64,000 nt of DNA from Candidatus Melainabacteria bacterium 17Bon1m. Its GTDB lineage: Bacteria > Cyanobacteriota > Vampirovibrionia > Obscuribacterales > Obscuribacteraceae. The notes beneath the pieces are model-generated. The model was not told the origin of the DNA. It saw only the letters and a program-made list of their open reading frames with translations, and did not search any database. Positions 40,071 to 49,647 of this stretch are shown piece after piece (the stretch's first letter is position 1; each line of letters starts with the position of its first letter). The position numbers and the translations under genes were made by a program. The DNA lies in contig JAVLKG010000004.1 in assembly GCA_032128875.1 (NCBI GenBank), positions 576,001 to 640,000 on the forward strand, read 5' to 3'.

Positions 40071-40535
40071 ATGACCATGACTACGGAAACAAAACAAGAG
40101 CTCGATATCCTGGAAATCAAAAAGCTTTTGCCGCACCGATACCCATTTTTGCTTATTGATCGTGTTACCAGCCTCAATCCGGGTCACGGTGCATCTGGAT
40201 TCAAGAATCTAACGGCGAATGAGCAATTTTTCGAAGGGCATTTTCCACATAAGCCAATCATGCCGGGCGTTTTGATGATCGAAGCGCTGGCACAATTGGG
40301 CTGCATCGCGCTTTTGAGCCATGAGAATTTCAAGGGCAAGCTGGGCGTTTTTACCGGCATCGATGGAGTCAAATTCCGCCAGATGGTTGTCCCGGGCGAC
40401 AGACTGGACATGTCGGTAGAGCTTTTGAAACTCAAAGGACCGCTCGGCAAAATGAAAGGCACAGCCAAAGTGGGAGATAAAGTTGCTTGCGAAGGTGAGA
40501 TCAGCTTCGCCATGATCGATGCAGAAGGTCAATAG
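40071..40535 (+). CDS. fabZ: 3-hydroxyacyl-ACP dehydratase
   Basis: LPHRYPFLLIDRV, GHFP..PIMPGVLMIEALAQ, FRQMVVPGD. Confidence 0.97.
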   Translation: MTMTTETKQELDILEIKKLLPHRYPFLLIDRVTSLNPGHGASGFKNLTANEQFFEGHFPHKPIMPGVLMIEALAQLGCIALLSHENFKGKLGVFTGIDGVKFRQMVVPGDRLDMSVELLKLKGPLGKMKGTAKVGDKVACEGEISFAMIDAEGQ

Positions 40536-40574
40536 GTCTGCAAACCACTTAAAGAGTCACAGGAAGTAGATTCG

Positions 40575-41411
40575 ATGGTAAGTCAAACAACATCCATTCA
40601 CAAAACTGCCGTCATCAGTGATGGCGCCAAGATCGCCGAAGACGTCGAGATTGGTCCTTATGTAGTAATCGGAGATAACGTCTCCATCGGCAGAGGCACA
40701 AAAATAGGACCTCATGCAGTAATCGATGGAGTAACAACTATCGGTGAAAACTGCAATATTTTTGCCGGAGCCGCAATCGGCTTGCCACCACAAGACCTCA
40801 GTTATAAAGATGCACCGACTGGCGTCATCATGGGAAACAATTGCACGATTCGCGAATACGTGACCATACACCGCGGGTCAAAAGATCCGATGACATTGCT
40901 CGGCAATAATTGCTTTCTGATGAACTACTCTCACGTTGCCCATGACTGCAAAGTTGGAAACAACGTCATCATGGCCAATGGCACCACATTAGGTGGCCAC
41001 GTCGAAGTAGGAGACTTTACGGTATTCGGCGGCCTGGTAGTTTTCCATCAATTCGTCAGAATTGGCAGATTCAATATGGTGTCCGGCAACTCGGGTACCA
41101 GAGTTGATTTGCCGCCCTTCGCATTGACAGACGGACGCCCGCTTTATGTAAGAGGGATAAACGTTGTCGGTTTGCGCAGAGCAAAAATTGCGGCCAATGT
41201 CAGGTCGGCAATTAAAGAAGCCTATCGATTGCTCTACCGCTCGGATTTGAACATGGCAAATGCCTGTACAAGGATTGAGGAAGAGATCGAGCAGTTCGAC
41301 GAAATCAAAGAGATTGTCAACTTCATCCGTGGAAGTAAGCGCGGAGTGGCCCGTGGCAATTTGGGCAATTCGTACGATCTGAGCAGCGAAGAAGACGGAA
41401 GAGCCGACTAA
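40575..41411 (+). CDS. lpxA: acyl-ACP--UDP-N-acetylglucosamine O-acyltransferase
   Basis: Hexapeptide repeats, PQDLSY, IREYVTIHRG, HVAHDC, HQFVRIG; follows fabZ. Confidence 0.96.
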   Translation: MVSQTTSIHKTAVISDGAKIAEDVEIGPYVVIGDNVSIGRGTKIGPHAVIDGVTTIGENCNIFAGAAIGLPPQDLSYKDAPTGVIMGNNCTIREYVTIHRGSKDPMTLLGNNCFLMNYSHVAHDCKVGNNVIMANGTTLGGHVEVGDFTVFGGLVVFHQFVRIGRFNMVSGNSGTRVDLPPFALTDGRPLYVRGINVVGLRRAKIAANVRSAIKEAYRLLYRSDLNMANACTRIEEEIEQFDEIKEIVNFIRGSKRGVARGNLGNSYDLSSEEDGRAD

Positions 41412-41583
41412 TCTTCGTACTATTTAAATAGGTAGTAATCCACACCTTGTCAGGTGGCCTCTGTCATAACTTGCCAGCCTGTGCCGCCGGAGGCAAATGC
41501 CGCCCTGTGCACTCCTTGGGCGGTGAGATTCTTTATCCGCCAAAATGATAGAGTAAGGTTACTTTACGCGCCGGTAGCCATTT

Positions 41584-42942
41584 TTGAGTTCTCAAACATC
41601 ACAGACGTCCATCTCTGAATCCGGACAAGTGCAATCTGGTTATGCTTCCTTATTTAAGAACAAGCAATTCATGTTCTTATGGATTGCCCAGATTTTCTCC
41701 CAGTTTGCCGACCGCGCAGTTTTTGTTCTTTTTGTTGCCGTGCTCACAGCACAGCAGACTGCTAAGCAAGCAACTCAAACTCAACCTGTAATCGGCGCTG
41801 CCGAATTGACGAGTTGGTTGTACGTCGCATTTACAATACCGGCGGTGGTGCTCAGCCCTTTTGCCGGTGTCTGTGTTGACCGGTGGTCAAACCGAGCGGT
41901 GCTCGTTGTTTCTAACTTGATCAGGGCGTTTTTCGTGGCACTGGTGGCGCTTAGCTGGGTTAAGCAATATCCGAAAGTGGCCTTCACTCTTGCCTTTTTG
42001 ATATCCATAGGTGCGCAATTTTTTGGTCCGGCAGAAACAGCCTCGATACCACGGCTGGTGAAGAAGGAAGATCTATATTGTGCGAACGCACTTTTCTTCA
42101 CAACGATGATGATCGCCTTGGGCTTTGGCTTTGCCATAGGTGAGCCGATCATCGCGCACACCGGTATTGGTGGCGCACCGTATGCAGTTGCAGGGCTATT
42201 CCTTATAGCTGCATTTCTCTTGATGGGAATACGAGACAACAAACCTCAGAAGCACGATCGTGAACCATGGTGGGAAGAATTGCGTGTCGGCATCGCCTAT
42301 ATCGTCGACAGTCCGCCGGTATTTCGAGCTATTCTCAAGATCACAATTCTCTTCAGCACAATCATTACACTCAATATCATTGCAGTCGCATTGGTCGAGC
42401 AAGTTATGCACTTACAGCCGTTTCAGTTCGGTTATGTAATTGCGGCCGCTGGTCTGGGAATGATGATCGGTAATTTCTGGGTAGGGCATCAAGGACCCAA
42501 TGCATCGCCGCGCTTGATGGTTTACGGCGGATTTGCAGGACTGGGCTTGTGTATGTGTTTGCTGGGCAGCTTGGGTTTCATACAAGATCACCTCTTCCCA
42601 TTAGTTGGCATGGCAGGCGTTTGTTTCAATGGCTGGTTGATGTTGGTGCCTTTGCTTTTTGCAACTTTATTGGGAATCAGCTGCGCGTTTGTCGCCGTAC
42701 CAACTCAAGCATCACTGCAAGCCGCGGTCCCTGAAGACTTGCGAGGCAAGGTTTTCGGCGCTCAAAATACTGCCATGTCTGCGGCATCGACTATCCCTGT
42801 AATCTTGACCGGTGTGTTCGCCGACAACCTTCCAGGCGGTGTCTCGACGACCTTGTTACTGCTCGGCGTGCCTACCTTCTTAACAGGTGCAATACAGGTA
42901 CTAAGAGCGATTCGCGATCCTTCATTGCGGTCCAAACTTTAG
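41584..42942 (+). CDS. MFS transporter (DHA3-like)
   Basis: FMFLWIAQIFSQFADR, AGVCVDRW, QFFGPAE, PEDLRGKVFG. Confidence 0.92.
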   Translation: MSSQTSQTSISESGQVQSGYASLFKNKQFMFLWIAQIFSQFADRAVFVLFVAVLTAQQTAKQATQTQPVIGAAELTSWLYVAFTIPAVVLSPFAGVCVDRWSNRAVLVVSNLIRAFFVALVALSWVKQYPKVAFTLAFLISIGAQFFGPAETASIPRLVKKEDLYCANALFFTTMMIALGFGFAIGEPIIAHTGIGGAPYAVAGLFLIAAFLLMGIRDNKPQKHDREPWWEELRVGIAYIVDSPPVFRAILKITILFSTIITLNIIAVALVEQVMHLQPFQFGYVIAAAGLGMMIGNFWVGHQGPNASPRLMVYGGFAGLGLCMCLLGSLGFIQDHLFPLVGMAGVCFNGWLMLVPLLFATLLGISCAFVAVPTQASLQAAVPEDLRGKVFGAQNTAMSAASTIPVILTGVFADNLPGGVSTTLLLLGVPTFLTGAIQVLRAIRDPSLRSKL

Positions 42943-43369
42943 ACTAGCTTTCAGGAAAAGTTCGCTCAAGTTTTTCTAGCGCGCTGGCACTATATAAGGT
43001 GGCACCGCAAACACAGACCGGCTCGAAAGTCCGATAACCAGACTGTCGCCATCTGACTGCACTAATGCCGCTTTGCATCGCCGCTGGTATCACTCCTTGA
43101 GTCACTTTGAAAGTACCGCCTCACGAGAATCCATATCCGACGGTGATTAAATGGGATATAGACCTTGGAAACCGATCAGTTATCACACAAACATTTTACA
43201 AGAGTGTCATTCACCGAAAAGCAAACAGGCACGGGGATTTCGGCATTTCGAGCGTTTTTACATTGTTCGCGAAAACATGGACGCGCCGTACAAATTAGGT
43301 AGAATTGCTTGTGTCCCAAGACCGCTGGTCGGGGAATTAGAGAACGCTTGCTAAGAGATGGAGAAAAGC

Positions 43370-43759
43370 ATGTTTAAAAAGTTAGCCTCCTCGTTCTTGC
43401 TGGCTTCGGTATTTGTCGGCTCCTTGGTAGCCCCAGCGATGGCCGACGAAACCACCTTCCAGAAGATAGTTTTTCTTCCGGTAAGAATGGTCGGATCCGG
43501 AGTGGGCACAGTCATCGGAGTGCCGCTCGGAGTTGTCAAAGATGGCAACAGAGGCGCTATCAAGTCGACGAAATGGGTTGCCGGTAAACTCGGTAACGAA
43601 GATGGCAAATACCATCAAATGTTTGGTGCAGTTGTCGGTGGACCTTTCGGTGCAATCGGCGGCGGTACATACGGTATAGCTGATGGTGCTTGGCATGGTA
43701 TGAAGACCGGTTACGAAAAACCGTTCAGCAAAGATGCCTTCACTTTCAAAGACGAATAG
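43370..43759 (+). CDS. exported glycine-zipper protein, paralog 1 of 4
   Basis: Signal peptide ending APAMA; GxxxG runs; C-terminal HGMKTGYEKPFS. Confidence 0.88.
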   Translation: MFKKLASSFLLASVFVGSLVAPAMADETTFQKIVFLPVRMVGSGVGTVIGVPLGVVKDGNRGAIKSTKWVAGKLGNEDGKYHQMFGAVVGGPFGAIGGGTYGIADGAWHGMKTGYEKPFSKDAFTFKDE

Positions 43760-43856
43760 GAAGACATAGGAAAGTCGATGAGACCCCTATCAAGTCATTA
43801 GGTACTTTATGAGGGTGGTTCGCAGTAGAGCCATCCTCCCTGCCAGGTGGAAAAAC

Positions 43857-44240
43857 ATGACCAAAAGAACTCTCGCGATGTTAATTTCAGGAGCGCTCGC
43901 TCTGGGAACGGCCACCCCGTCGTTCGCTGACGGCGATGGTCCTGTTCACAATATGGTTGGATTGGGTGGGGTAACTACCGGTCTGCTGATCGACGTTCCA
44001 GAAGGAATCGTTGTCGATTCGCTGTATCGCGTTCCTATGAAGTGCCAGCGCACTTTGGCCGAGCACTTTGGTGATTCCAAAGGAGCTGGTCAAAATATCG
44101 CAGGCGCACTGCTTGGTTTCCCAGTAGGTTTCGTATGGGGCATCCCTTACGGCGCTTTGCATGGTGCTAAGCATGCCTTCTCGAAGGGCTGGGAAAAGCC
44201 TTTCAGTACTGAATCGTATTTGGTTACCGAAGAGAAGTAG
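43857..44240 (+). CDS. exported glycine-zipper protein, paralog 2 of 4
   Basis: Signal peptide ending TPSFA; C-terminal HGAKHAFSKGWEKPFS. Confidence 0.88.
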   Translation: MTKRTLAMLISGALALGTATPSFADGDGPVHNMVGLGGVTTGLLIDVPEGIVVDSLYRVPMKCQRTLAEHFGDSKGAGQNIAGALLGFPVGFVWGIPYGALHGAKHAFSKGWEKPFSTESYLVTEEK

Positions 44241-44309
44241 TTACTAGTACTGCCTGGCATCGAGCCAAACAGTTTTGACGGGCAGTCTGGAAATATGGTG
44301 GTAAAAACA

Positions 44310-44708
44310 ATGAAATCAATCGGTCGTATCGTTTTTTCGGCGTTGGTCGCCGTGAGTGCAGTAGCTCCTGCTCTCGCGCTTGACTACGAAGCGAAGCCTG
44401 TAATGTGGGTGCTTCAAGCTCCTTTCAGAACAGCTGGCGCTTTGGAAGGCGCCTTGGTTACTGGCTTGATCAGTGGTCCTATTGACGGCGGCTATCATGG
44501 CTCCCTCAAAGGAACAAAGCACTGGGCAGGCAAATTCGGAGATGAAAAAGGCGCTGGTCAATTGGCCGCGGCCGCTCCGGTATTCGGAACAGGTGGAGCA
44601 ATTGTCGGTGGCACCGTCGCTGGCTTCCACGGATTTGGTCATGGCTGGAAGAAAGGCTGGGAAAAGCCCTACAGCAGATGGTCCTATCTCACCATGGAAG
44701 AGAAATAA
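44310..44708 (+). CDS. exported glycine-zipper protein, paralog 3 of 4
   Basis: Signal peptide ending APALA; C-terminal HGFGHGWKKGWEKPYS. Confidence 0.88.
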   Translation: MKSIGRIVFSALVAVSAVAPALALDYEAKPVMWVLQAPFRTAGALEGALVTGLISGPIDGGYHGSLKGTKHWAGKFGDEKGAGQLAAAAPVFGTGGAIVGGTVAGFHGFGHGWKKGWEKPYSRWSYLTMEEK

Positions 44709-44749
44709 GCCCCCCTTGAACCACTTAAATAGGAAAGATGGTGAAAATA

Positions 44750-45199
44750 ATGCGTAAGAAGGTCCTTTCCTCGTTACTTTTGGCGGCTGGTCTGCTTACT
44801 TCGGTAGCAGCTCCGAGCTTTGCCTATCCGGAGCGTCCTGAATCGGCGCGTGTGTATTACGAAATCGCTTACTTCCCATGCAGATTGGTCAGCATGGCCG
44901 TAACAACCATTTGGGATGTTCCGACCGCTGCTTTCCAAGACGCTATCAAGGGCGCGATTGGCGGCACAAAGATGGTTTCCCGCAACCTCGGAAAAGAAGA
45001 CGGCACCTATGAATTGGTAGCCGGCGGCTTGACCGGTGGACCTGTCGGACTCCTCGCCGGTGGACTTTATGGTGCAAGACATGGTTTGTTCTATGGAATG
45101 CATCACGGATTCGTAGGCTATCCGAGTCCCCACTCTGGCAGCCACAGCATGATCTTCCAGGGCAAAGGTTTCGTTGTTCCTTACGACGACAACTACTAA
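44750..45199 (+). CDS. exported glycine-zipper protein, paralog 4 of 4 (divergent His-rich C-terminus)
   Basis: Signal peptide ending APSFA; LGKEDG..GGPVG..YGARHG..GMHHG. Confidence 0.86.
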   Translation: MRKKVLSSLLLAAGLLTSVAAPSFAYPERPESARVYYEIAYFPCRLVSMAVTTIWDVPTAAFQDAIKGAIGGTKMVSRNLGKEDGTYELVAGGLTGGPVGLLAGGLYGARHGLFYGMHHGFVGYPSPHSGSHSMIFQGKGFVVPYDDNY

Positions 45200-45261
45200 A
45201 CCCTGGGTTGGCGATGCCTAGCATCGTCTAACAAAACCACCAAAAAACTGTTTGGCTCTTT

Positions 45262-45298
45262 GAGCAAGCATCACCGTTCTGGACGATGCTTGCTCTTT
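45262..45298 (+). terminator. intrinsic terminator of the four-paralog operon
   Basis: Perfect 11-bp stem gagcaagcatc/gatgcttgctc followed by ttt. Confidence 0.75.
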
Positions 45299-45542
45299 GT
45301 CATTTAGATGCTAATTCTTGCCAATTTGTAGAAAAACCAGATTCAGTCTCGCTTTGAGTGTGTTTTATATACAGTTTTAAGTGAGCGAGAATTGGGCATT
45401 CTTTATGTGGGTTATGGTATTTCAAGGCTGGTAGGGCGTTTCGCCTGGTAGACTAAATATTGACCCCTCGCATTTTGTCTTCCGGCAGGAAGGCTCGAGT
45501 GCTTTGCCGATTTGAGAATCGCATTTCAGGTAGTCGTTAAGA

Positions 45543-46820
45543 ATGGAAATTGTCAAAGAAAGACGAGCAGGTCCCAAGCGAATTGGTGAGTTGCTTGTGG
45601 CAGCCAATGTAATCCGCCCCGAAGTTCTGATGGAAGCGCTACAAATAGCGAAGAAGTCAACGACTCCATTGGGTCGCGTTCTGATGAGCATTGGCGAAAT
45701 TTCCGAAAGCGATTTGCAAGTCGCTATAGAAGTGCAGTCACTTCTGCGCGAAGGCGTAATCGCCAATGATTTTGGAATTAAGGCTTTGAATTTGGCTTGC
45801 AAGAGCAAGCTGCCCCTGGAAGAGGCATTCCGTCGCCTGGGCTGGCAACCACCTCAGCGCGAGTCCATGTCCTCCAACGAGCTCGGTGAGTTGCTTCAAG
45901 CTGCAGGTGTCGTCACACCCGAGCGCATGGAAGAAGCCGTTCGCCAGAGCCATGAAAACAACCTTCCTGTTGGCCGCTGCCTGGTTCTCAACCGCGCAGT
46001 TTCGCCTGCATTATTGGCCTCGGCTTTGACCGCCCAGGTTCTTCTTCGTGACGGCAAAATTAGCCGTGAGCAAGCTGTAGAAGGCTTGCGTTCAGCATCA
46101 CGTAAGCAACAGACAATCGAGGAGTCTTTGCAGCAAGTCGGCGCCTATAAGCCCGGCAAAGAGTCCGTCAGAGTCGGCGACCTGCTCACCTCAGCAGGCA
46201 TTGTCACCGAAGGCGACAAAATCACCGCAGTAGAGGTCGGTTTGGAAAGCCACAGGCAGATTGGTGACGTGCTTGTTCAATCCGGCATGATTTCCAATAC
46301 AACTCTCGAAGAGAGTTTGAAGCTCCAAGATCTTGTCGCTCAAGGACATTTGAACGCCACTCAGGCAGCAGAGATTTTGCGCACCGCACACACTCAGGGT
46401 GTGACCGTTCGGGCAGTGTTGGAAGAAAAACTCGCTCGAAAAGAGCAAATTGACAAAACAAACACAGTCATCGAGTTTCTCCAATTGTCTGGAATTCTCA
46501 CCGACAATGACATGATCAAGGCGAAAAATCTGTCTCAGCAACTCAGCGTCAGTCTCGGCGAAGTCTTGTTGTCCACTCAAATGGTTGATCAGCGACTCAT
46601 TGATGCTGCTATCCAGAGCCAAGACCTGGTTAAAGACGAGATTCTCAAGCCCGAACAAGTGGCGCGTGTTTTGCAAATGTGCGCTCGCACCGGATTGGAG
46701 TTTCACGAAGCCTTGAAGCAGGTAGCGTGGGACACGCCGGATGAAGTTTCAGATGAAGCTAGTGCCAAGCAGAAATCCTCATGGATGCTCAAGCTCTGGT
46801 CGAAAGTCAAGAAAGACTAG
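45543..46820 (+). CDS. protein made of four MshEN-like repeats (candidate c-di-GMP receptor)
   Basis: RIGELLVAANVI...LGRVLMSIGEI..DLQVAIEVQ, repeated about every 100 aa. Confidence 0.8.
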   Translation: MEIVKERRAGPKRIGELLVAANVIRPEVLMEALQIAKKSTTPLGRVLMSIGEISESDLQVAIEVQSLLREGVIANDFGIKALNLACKSKLPLEEAFRRLGWQPPQRESMSSNELGELLQAAGVVTPERMEEAVRQSHENNLPVGRCLVLNRAVSPALLASALTAQVLLRDGKISREQAVEGLRSASRKQQTIEESLQQVGAYKPGKESVRVGDLLTSAGIVTEGDKITAVEVGLESHRQIGDVLVQSGMISNTTLEESLKLQDLVAQGHLNATQAAEILRTAHTQGVTVRAVLEEKLARKEQIDKTNTVIEFLQLSGILTDNDMIKAKNLSQQLSVSLGEVLLSTQMVDQRLIDAAIQSQDLVKDEILKPEQVARVLQMCARTGLEFHEALKQVAWDTPDEVSDEASAKQKSSWMLKLWSKVKKD

Positions 46821-46882
46821 AATTTCAGCGCCACCGCTGGTGCTACCGCCAAGGAGATTCATAGTGGCCGGGCCGGAATCCT

Positions 46883-48502
46883 ATGCAATTTGACACCCTG
46901 ATAATGGGCGGCACAATTTACGACGGCTCCGGTCTCGAGCCGTATGTCGCTGATATCGGATTGCGCAGCGGCATAATCGTGGACATCGGCAATCTCAAGT
47001 ATGCGGATGCAACACTGAAAATAGACGCCAGAGGCTTGGCTGTTTCGCCTGGATTTATCAACATGCTCAGCCACGCGACGCGTGCTCTTTTGCATGATGG
47101 GCTGTCGGAAGGAAACATTCACCAGGGCGTTACGCTGGAGGTCATTGGTGAGGGCGTTTCTATGGGCCCGCTCAATGATCAAATGGCCAAAGAAATGACC
47201 GATGAGCAGACTGACATCAAATTCACGATTAATTGGCGCAGCCTGGGCGAGTTTTTAAACCGCCTGCAATTGAAAGGTATTTCAACCAACGTTGCCTCCT
47301 TTGTCGGCGCCACAACCGTGCGTGAATACGTGTTGGGTCAGGAAGACAGAAAACCTGATGAACGCGAACTTACTATGATGCGCAACTTGGTTTCTCTGGC
47401 GATGTCCGAAGGTGCAGTCGGAATATCGTCCGCATTGATTTATGCGCCGGCATGTTTTGCAGACACGGATGAACTCGTTGCGCTTGCTGAAGAGGCAGGA
47501 AAACGAGGTGGTATCTACGCTTCGCATTTGCGCAGCGAAGGAGACCATTTACTTGAGGGCGTGCGCGAACTTATCACGATCTGTCAGAAAGCAAAAATTC
47601 CCAGTGAAATCTATCACCTCAAAGCCGCCGGCAAGCGTAATTGGTCGAAGATGGATGAAGCCATCGCTGAAATCGAAAAGGCGCGCAGCGCCGGTCATCG
47701 AGTATCTGCAGACATGTACCTGTATACAAGGGCGCAGACGGGGCTTGATGCCGCTATGCCGACATGGGTGCAGGAAGGTGGTCTAAACAAGTGGATAAAG
47801 CGCTTGCAAGAGCCCGAAACACGCGCTCGTGTCAAGCAAGAGATGCTCAGTGATACTGCGGACTGGGAGAACGGCTACATGCATGCCGGACCGGATGGAA
47901 TATTGCTTGTCGGCTTCAAAAGCGAAGCGCTGAAACCACTGGTCGGTAAGACGTTAAAGCAAATCGCTGATGAGCGTGGCAGAGAACCTGCTGATGTGGC
48001 AATGGATCTCGTCGTGGAGGACGGCAGTCGGGTAGAGACAGTTTATTCATGGATGAGCGAAGAAAACCTTGTGAAACAGGTCAAATTGCCGTGGATGACT
48101 TTCGGTTCTGACGGTTCGTCGATGTCGCCATCGGGTGAATATTTGAAATCTCAAACCCACCCACGCGCTTACGGCAACTTTGCTCGCTTGCTGGAAAAAT
48201 ATGTTCGAAACGAGAAAGTTGTTACCCTGCCAGATGCAATACGTCGTCTAACTGCATTGCCGGCAGCCAATCTCGGCTTGCTGTTCAGAGGCAAGATTGA
48301 TCAAGGCTACGCGGCTGATATTGCTATTTTTGATCCTGAAAAAATCCGTGAGAAAGCGACCTTTGAAAATGCACATCAACTTTCGGAAGGAATGGTGCAT
48401 GTTCTAGTTAATGGAGTTCCAGTTCTTCAGAATGGAAAACATACTGGCAATAAGCCGGGCCTCGTGCTGCGCCGCCGCATGAGCCACAGAATGATCTGCT
48501 GA
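46883..48502 (+). CDS. N-acyl-D-amino-acid deacylase family amidohydrolase
   Basis: GGTIYDGSG, PGFINMLSH, HLRSEG, YHLK, FGSD, HPRAYGNF, ADIAIFDP. Confidence 0.92.
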   Translation: MQFDTLIMGGTIYDGSGLEPYVADIGLRSGIIVDIGNLKYADATLKIDARGLAVSPGFINMLSHATRALLHDGLSEGNIHQGVTLEVIGEGVSMGPLNDQMAKEMTDEQTDIKFTINWRSLGEFLNRLQLKGISTNVASFVGATTVREYVLGQEDRKPDERELTMMRNLVSLAMSEGAVGISSALIYAPACFADTDELVALAEEAGKRGGIYASHLRSEGDHLLEGVRELITICQKAKIPSEIYHLKAAGKRNWSKMDEAIAEIEKARSAGHRVSADMYLYTRAQTGLDAAMPTWVQEGGLNKWIKRLQEPETRARVKQEMLSDTADWENGYMHAGPDGILLVGFKSEALKPLVGKTLKQIADERGREPADVAMDLVVEDGSRVETVYSWMSEENLVKQVKLPWMTFGSDGSSMSPSGEYLKSQTHPRAYGNFARLLEKYVRNEKVVTLPDAIRRLTALPAANLGLLFRGKIDQGYAADIAIFDPEKIREKATFENAHQLSEGMVHVLVNGVPVLQNGKHTGNKPGLVLRRRMSHRMIC

Positions 48503-48565
48503 CCAGTTCGTTGAATGCCATACCGCTCTATAAACGTCTTCTGCTGATCAGTCCGTCGCTCTATC

Positions 48566-49354
48566 TTATGCTGCTTTATAAACGTCGCTCAGATCGCCTT
48601 GCTGGATGAAGTCTTCTATCATCTGCGCCATGAGTTCTGGGTCGCTCACTGAGAGGCAATGCGCCGAGCCGATAACATTGATCGCCTGGCAGTTTGGGAT
48701 CATCTCGAATTTTTCCTGGACAAGGTCTTCGCTCGAAAGCTTGTCATTCTCACCTTTAATAAGGAGAATCGGAATGCCGCATCTGAGCAATGCGCCATCA
48801 AGATCGTGCTCTGACATGTATCCCAATTGTTCAAGACACCTGTCCACGCCTATGCGCGTGATGTCACCAATAACAGTTGGAACCATTACGGGAGGCTCAA
48901 ACAGTCCATCTTTTATTAAGTCTGCCATCAAAGACTGAACGGATCTTCCCTGCACATCTGTTGGTCCGATGAGAATCAGGGCTTTGGCATTAACGCAATC
49001 CATTGCTGCCAATTCGGCGGAGATATTACAGCCATACGAACCACCTACCAACACAGGGTTTGCGATACCTTGCGCTTCGAGAAATTCACTGAGTGCTTGA
49101 GCATGTTCTTTGATATTTAGAGCAAACTCCGGTGTTTCACTTTTCCCGTGTCCAAGCATGTTCGGCACACAAACCGTGTGTTTAGCGGCGAGCAGCTTTG
49201 CGGTTCGCTCCATGTAACTTGCCGAAACGAGCAGTCCGTGTACAAGAACGTAACACTCAGCATTGGGCTCGTTTGAACGCGACATAAGCGCGTGCATCCG
49301 GCCGAAGCTGGTGTCTTTATAGACATCTTCGTATTGAACGGCATCGTCGAACAT
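48566..49354 (-). CDS. alpha/beta hydrolase
   Basis: LVHGL, NMLGHGKS, GGSYG, GENDKL, SAHCL. Confidence 0.88.
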   Translation of the reverse strand: MFDDAVQYEDVYKDTSFGRMHALMSRSNEPNAECYVLVHGLLVSASYMERTAKLLAAKHTVCVPNMLGHGKSETPEFALNIKEHAQALSEFLEAQGIANPVLVGGSYGCNISAELAAMDCVNAKALILIGPTDVQGRSVQSLMADLIKDGLFEPPVMVPTVIGDITRIGVDRCLEQLGYMSEHDLDGALLRCGIPILLIKGENDKLSSEDLVQEKFEMIPNCQAINVIGSAHCLSVSDPELMAQMIEDFIQQGDLSDVYKAA

Positions 49355-49647
49355 GGGCGTAACCTGTCCTCAATTCAGTTGTGTGTTTGCTGTTCGCCTG
49401 TTCTAAGGCGTTGTAAAGCTCCAAAGGTTCCCATTCTCGCCCAGTTTTTCACTTTTCGCGACGCGTAAAGTTGACCAGTTGAGCCTTTCAAGATTTGCCG
49501 AAGCCAATTTAGCCCCACTGGTTGTCCGCAGAACAAAATTTCAAACAGGGCTTAGGTTTTGGGAATTTCGCAATTATTTTTGCAACTCCGCCTAATTACT
49601 CCGGCGCCCCCGTTATCCAAAACGTGAGACCCCCGTGAGGTGAAGAG

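Noticed and set aside
42995-43010. aaggtggcaccgc resembling a T-box antiterminator motif
   Set aside because: No specifier stem or terminator visible, and the downstream genes are not amino-acid related
46883-48502. Non-canonical metal motif (GFINMLSH) in the D-aminoacylase as a novelty
   Set aside because: To my knowledge similar NMLS-type variants are widespread in this family, and the remaining motifs are intact
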